Shown: positions 15,105 to 17,557 of the stretch, one piece after another
Layout of the letters: every line of letters begins with the position of its first letter
Position numbering within the stretch: the first letter of the stretch is position 1
Assembly (NCBI GenBank): GCA_964645535.1
Contig: CAZYCQ010000062.1
Coordinates: 1 to 17,557, forward strand
Length of the DNA: 17,557 nucleotides
Reading direction: 5' to 3'
From: an uncultured archaeon
Lineage (GTDB): Archaea; Asgardarchaeota; Heimdallarchaeia; Heimdallarchaeales; Kariarchaeaceae
Translations under genes and position numbers: made by a program
The notes under the pieces: generated by a model
The model's input: only the letters and a program-made list of their open reading frames with translations
Database searches by the model: none
What the model was told of the DNA's origin: nothing

Positions 15105-16487
15105 ATGACAGAAAAGACATCCCTCTATCCAGATGGTGAAATACCTCAAAAAACTCCTTCTTCAACCAAGAACCTCTTGAAGAATTGGGATTTTTCTGCT
15201 CTTTTCTTTGGGGGATTGATTTCTGCTATCGGATCAAATTTCAGTTATATCGCAACCTTGTTCCTCGTAATTCACTTGAGTCGTCATCTACCCTTGGAAC
15301 TTGCCGCACAATCTGTATCGTTCATCTATATTTTCCTGATGATCCCTAACGTTCTTATTGGCCCCTTTAGCGGTGTATTGGTGGATAGGATTGATCGAAA
15401 AAGGTTGATGGCTTTTGCAGAGTTTCTTGGAGCCTTCACCTCCTTTGGACTAATGCTTGCAGATACGTTGGGAATGGTCTATGCACTTGTATTCCTGAGT
15501 TCCTTCACTCGGTTGATATTTCAACCGGCAAAGGGTGCTTCCATCCCCCGGATAGTCGAGATTCAGGATCTTGTCAGGGCAAACAGCCTTAATCAGACAG
15601 TTTTCCAGATGTCCAGTTTGATTGGTCCAGCATTGGCAGGCGTAACCATTGCAAAATTTGGAATTCCCACTGCCTTCCTTATTGATGGAATTTCATACCT
15701 TGTTTCCTTTGTGATGATCCTTTCCATTTCAACTGATTTGAAACCAGAAACAGACGGAAAGAAGTTGACTCTCGGAAAAACCATTAAAGACATCAAAAAA
15801 GGGCTGAAATTGACCTTTGGTGAACGGGTCATAGGATTCATCATGGTTTTCTTCCTCATTGCCGTTGGTGCCATCGGCATGATCAATCCCTTGCTTTCCT
15901 TTTATCTTGAATCGACATTCAATTTGGGAGAAGAGGCATTTGGATTTCTTATCAGCTTTTCCTCAGTCTCAGGGTTGCTCAGTGCGGTAATCATTTCCTC
16001 CAAAGGGCAAATCCGAAATAAAGTGATGATGATCCTAACCACTTTCGGAATTATCGGGGCGGCAATGTACCTGCTTGGACTAGCCCCATCCCTTGGAAAC
16101 CCTGTCCTTTGGCTTTATGTGTCCATGGGTCTTATTGGCATGGTCAATGTTCTCATTTCCATTCCTCTCTCAACCCTTCTCCAAACCCTGATAGCCAATA
16201 ATGATTTGGGGAAGGTATCTTCGTTCATGAACACTTCCCTCTCAATTGCACAGCTTTCAAGTGGTCTCGTCGCTTCCTATCTTGTCCTATTTCTGACCAT
16301 CGATAGGCTTTTCCAATTCTTGGGGATTTTTCTTTTTGTTCTCACGATACTAGGCGTTTCTCTTGCCAAACTGACAGGGTTGGATACCTATGCCATTACT
16401 CGGGAAATGGAGATTGTCCTGCGAAAAGAGGCATCTCCTTCCCGAGACGAAATTGACAAGGGAACCAAAGAATCCCTACCTTCCTGA
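15105..16487 (+). CDS. MFS transporter (DHA3/macrolide-efflux-like)
   Basis: About 12 TM segments, motif A GVLVDRIDRKRLM, F.PA..A.IP.IV....L.RANSL, LIGPALAG, and LLQT......LGKVSS. Confidence 0.93.
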   Translation: MTEKTSLYPDGEIPQKTPSSTKNLLKNWDFSALFFGGLISAIGSNFSYIATLFLVIHLSRHLPLELAAQSVSFIYIFLMIPNVLIGPFSGVLVDRIDRKRLMAFAEFLGAFTSFGLMLADTLGMVYALVFLSSFTRLIFQPAKGASIPRIVEIQDLVRANSLNQTVFQMSSLIGPALAGVTIAKFGIPTAFLIDGISYLVSFVMILSISTDLKPETDGKKLTLGKTIKDIKKGLKLTFGERVIGFIMVFFLIAVGAIGMINPLLSFYLESTFNLGEEAFGFLISFSSVSGLLSAVIISSKGQIRNKVMMILTTFGIIGAAMYLLGLAPSLGNPVLWLYVSMGLIGMVNVLISIPLSTLLQTLIANNDLGKVSSFMNTSLSIAQLSSGLVASYLVLFLTIDRLFQFLGIFLFVLTILGVSLAKLTGLDTYAITREMEIVLRKEASPSRDEIDKGTKESLPS

Positions 16488-17363
16488 CTACCAAAACCTC
16501 AGCTTTCTGAGAATGGGACATCTGTCACATAGGGATAGATTGCAAGTGTCATCAAGTATTTTCTGTGCATCTGGATCATGCGGATCAAGGGATGTCAAAA
16601 TGCCTTCCATCAGCTGAAGATAGGTTTTCATTTGATGTTCCTTTCGAAATGGACCCTGAATGACATTCAAAAGAGTTTCAAAATCATCGCCACTATGGAT
16701 ATTGTCGTCCGTAAGAATAAACTGGCCTTTGCTTCCCACTACATAAAATGGCTCGCAGTGATAATATCCCATGGCTCTTGAAGGAACACATGGGACAAGA
16801 TCCTTTGCATACAATATTTCATATCTGTCCGTGAAGGCAGTCCTCATATAGTTTGAAAAATCTTGATTCCCTATTCTTGGTATGGCAAATCCATAATACA
16901 CGATCTCAGAGGCATACCTTGCCTTAAGCTCAGGAAGCGCTATCTCTCCAATTGCTGCACCATAGGAGTGACCCGTAACATAGATGACCTCAACATCATC
17001 CTTAATGGGATCGATACAGGTGTATACTGCATCTCGGATTTGACCCCATGCCTGATAAAAACCACTGTGGATCTTTCCTGTATGGTTTGGATAGTCCACA
17101 AGATCAAATTGAAGATTATCCCAAATGTCAAAGATATGATTGGTTCCCAAAAGAACAATATACACATTCTTCTTCGCTTCTGACATATCCTGTATTGCCA
17201 CGTATCCCTGTGCATTTCCAGTTCCATCCATAGCCGCGGCAAAATCAACGACCAACTGGGTACAAAGGCTTGAATTTGAAGGAATGGATGGATTGTCGAA
17301 ATCCAAGTATAACGACTCAATGTAGCCTGCCAAATCTTTTGCAAGATTCTGATTGAATGGCAT
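16488..17363 (-). CDS. Class 3 lipase (Lipase_3) family protein
   Basis: IVLLGT (oxyanion), KIHSGFYQAW, IYVTGHSYGAA nucleophile elbow, GFAIPRIGN..F, KDLVPCVP (acid), GYYH and EHQMKTY (His). Its stop directly abuts the MFS stop. Confidence 0.93.
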   Translation of the reverse strand: MPFNQNLAKDLAGYIESLYLDFDNPSIPSNSSLCTQLVVDFAAAMDGTGNAQGYVAIQDMSEAKKNVYIVLLGTNHIFDIWDNLQFDLVDYPNHTGKIHSGFYQAWGQIRDAVYTCIDPIKDDVEVIYVTGHSYGAAIGEIALPELKARYASEIVYYGFAIPRIGNQDFSNYMRTAFTDRYEILYAKDLVPCVPSRAMGYYHCEPFYVVGSKGQFILTDDNIHSGDDFETLLNVIQGPFRKEHQMKTYLQLMEGILTSLDPHDPDAQKILDDTCNLSLCDRCPILRKLRFW

Positions 17364-17384
17364 GAAATACCATGAACAATATGT

Positions 17385-17397
17385 TATTTAACTTTTG
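17385..17397 (-). promoter_or_regulatory. BRE/TATA box of the lipase gene
   Basis: Minus-strand CAAAAG-TTAAATA ends about 22 nt before ATG 17363, which is leaderless spacing. Confidence 0.65.
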
Positions 17398-17557
17398 TTT
17401 GAAACTTTTAGACCATCAGTTTTCGATTGCAAAATGTACCGTCCTGTTTCTCAAATATCCATGGTGACTGACCCAAGATTCAATGGAATGGGTGTAGTTC
17501 CTTTCTTTCATTTATCTCAAAATCTCCAAATGGATTAGGAAAATGATTAAAATATGA

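Noticed and set aside
17364-17557. Gene or RNA at the right edge
   Set aside because: Only a 25-codon ORF (17461-17538) without support, and no tRNA-like or other structured RNA was evident.

Overview
Gene-dense, intron-free, AT-rich window with archaeal promoter architecture (BRE/TATA boxes about 24 nt upstream of several start codons, GAGGTG/GGTGA ribosome-binding sites). It almost certainly comes from an Asgard archaeon; Heimdallarchaeia-like is my inference. The anchor gene is a eukaryote-like actin of the conserved Lokiactin type (2888-4024). Cell-surface and membrane genes surround it: a tandem-domain acidic glycoprotein with a PGF-CTERM-like anchor, a secreted beta-rich protein, a convergent pair of zinc-ribbon + Pro/Gln/Tyr/Gly low-complexity membrane proteins (one TM2-type, one with a CYSTM-like Cys tail), and a large class III signal peptide (pilin-like) protein. 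The rest comprises a membrane alpha/beta-hydrolase divergent from a 7TM protein whose cytoplasmic tail looks like a longin/uDENN domain, a frameshifted Kelch remnant, two winged-HTH regulators, an MFS transporter with a nested palindromic operator, and a class 3 lipase. I saw no rRNA, tRNA, CRISPR array or mobile element. The best candidates for undescribed biology are the 7TM-longin/uDENN fusion and the paired zinc-ribbon/low-complexity membrane proteins. All family calls come from motif recognition by eye; no searches were run.
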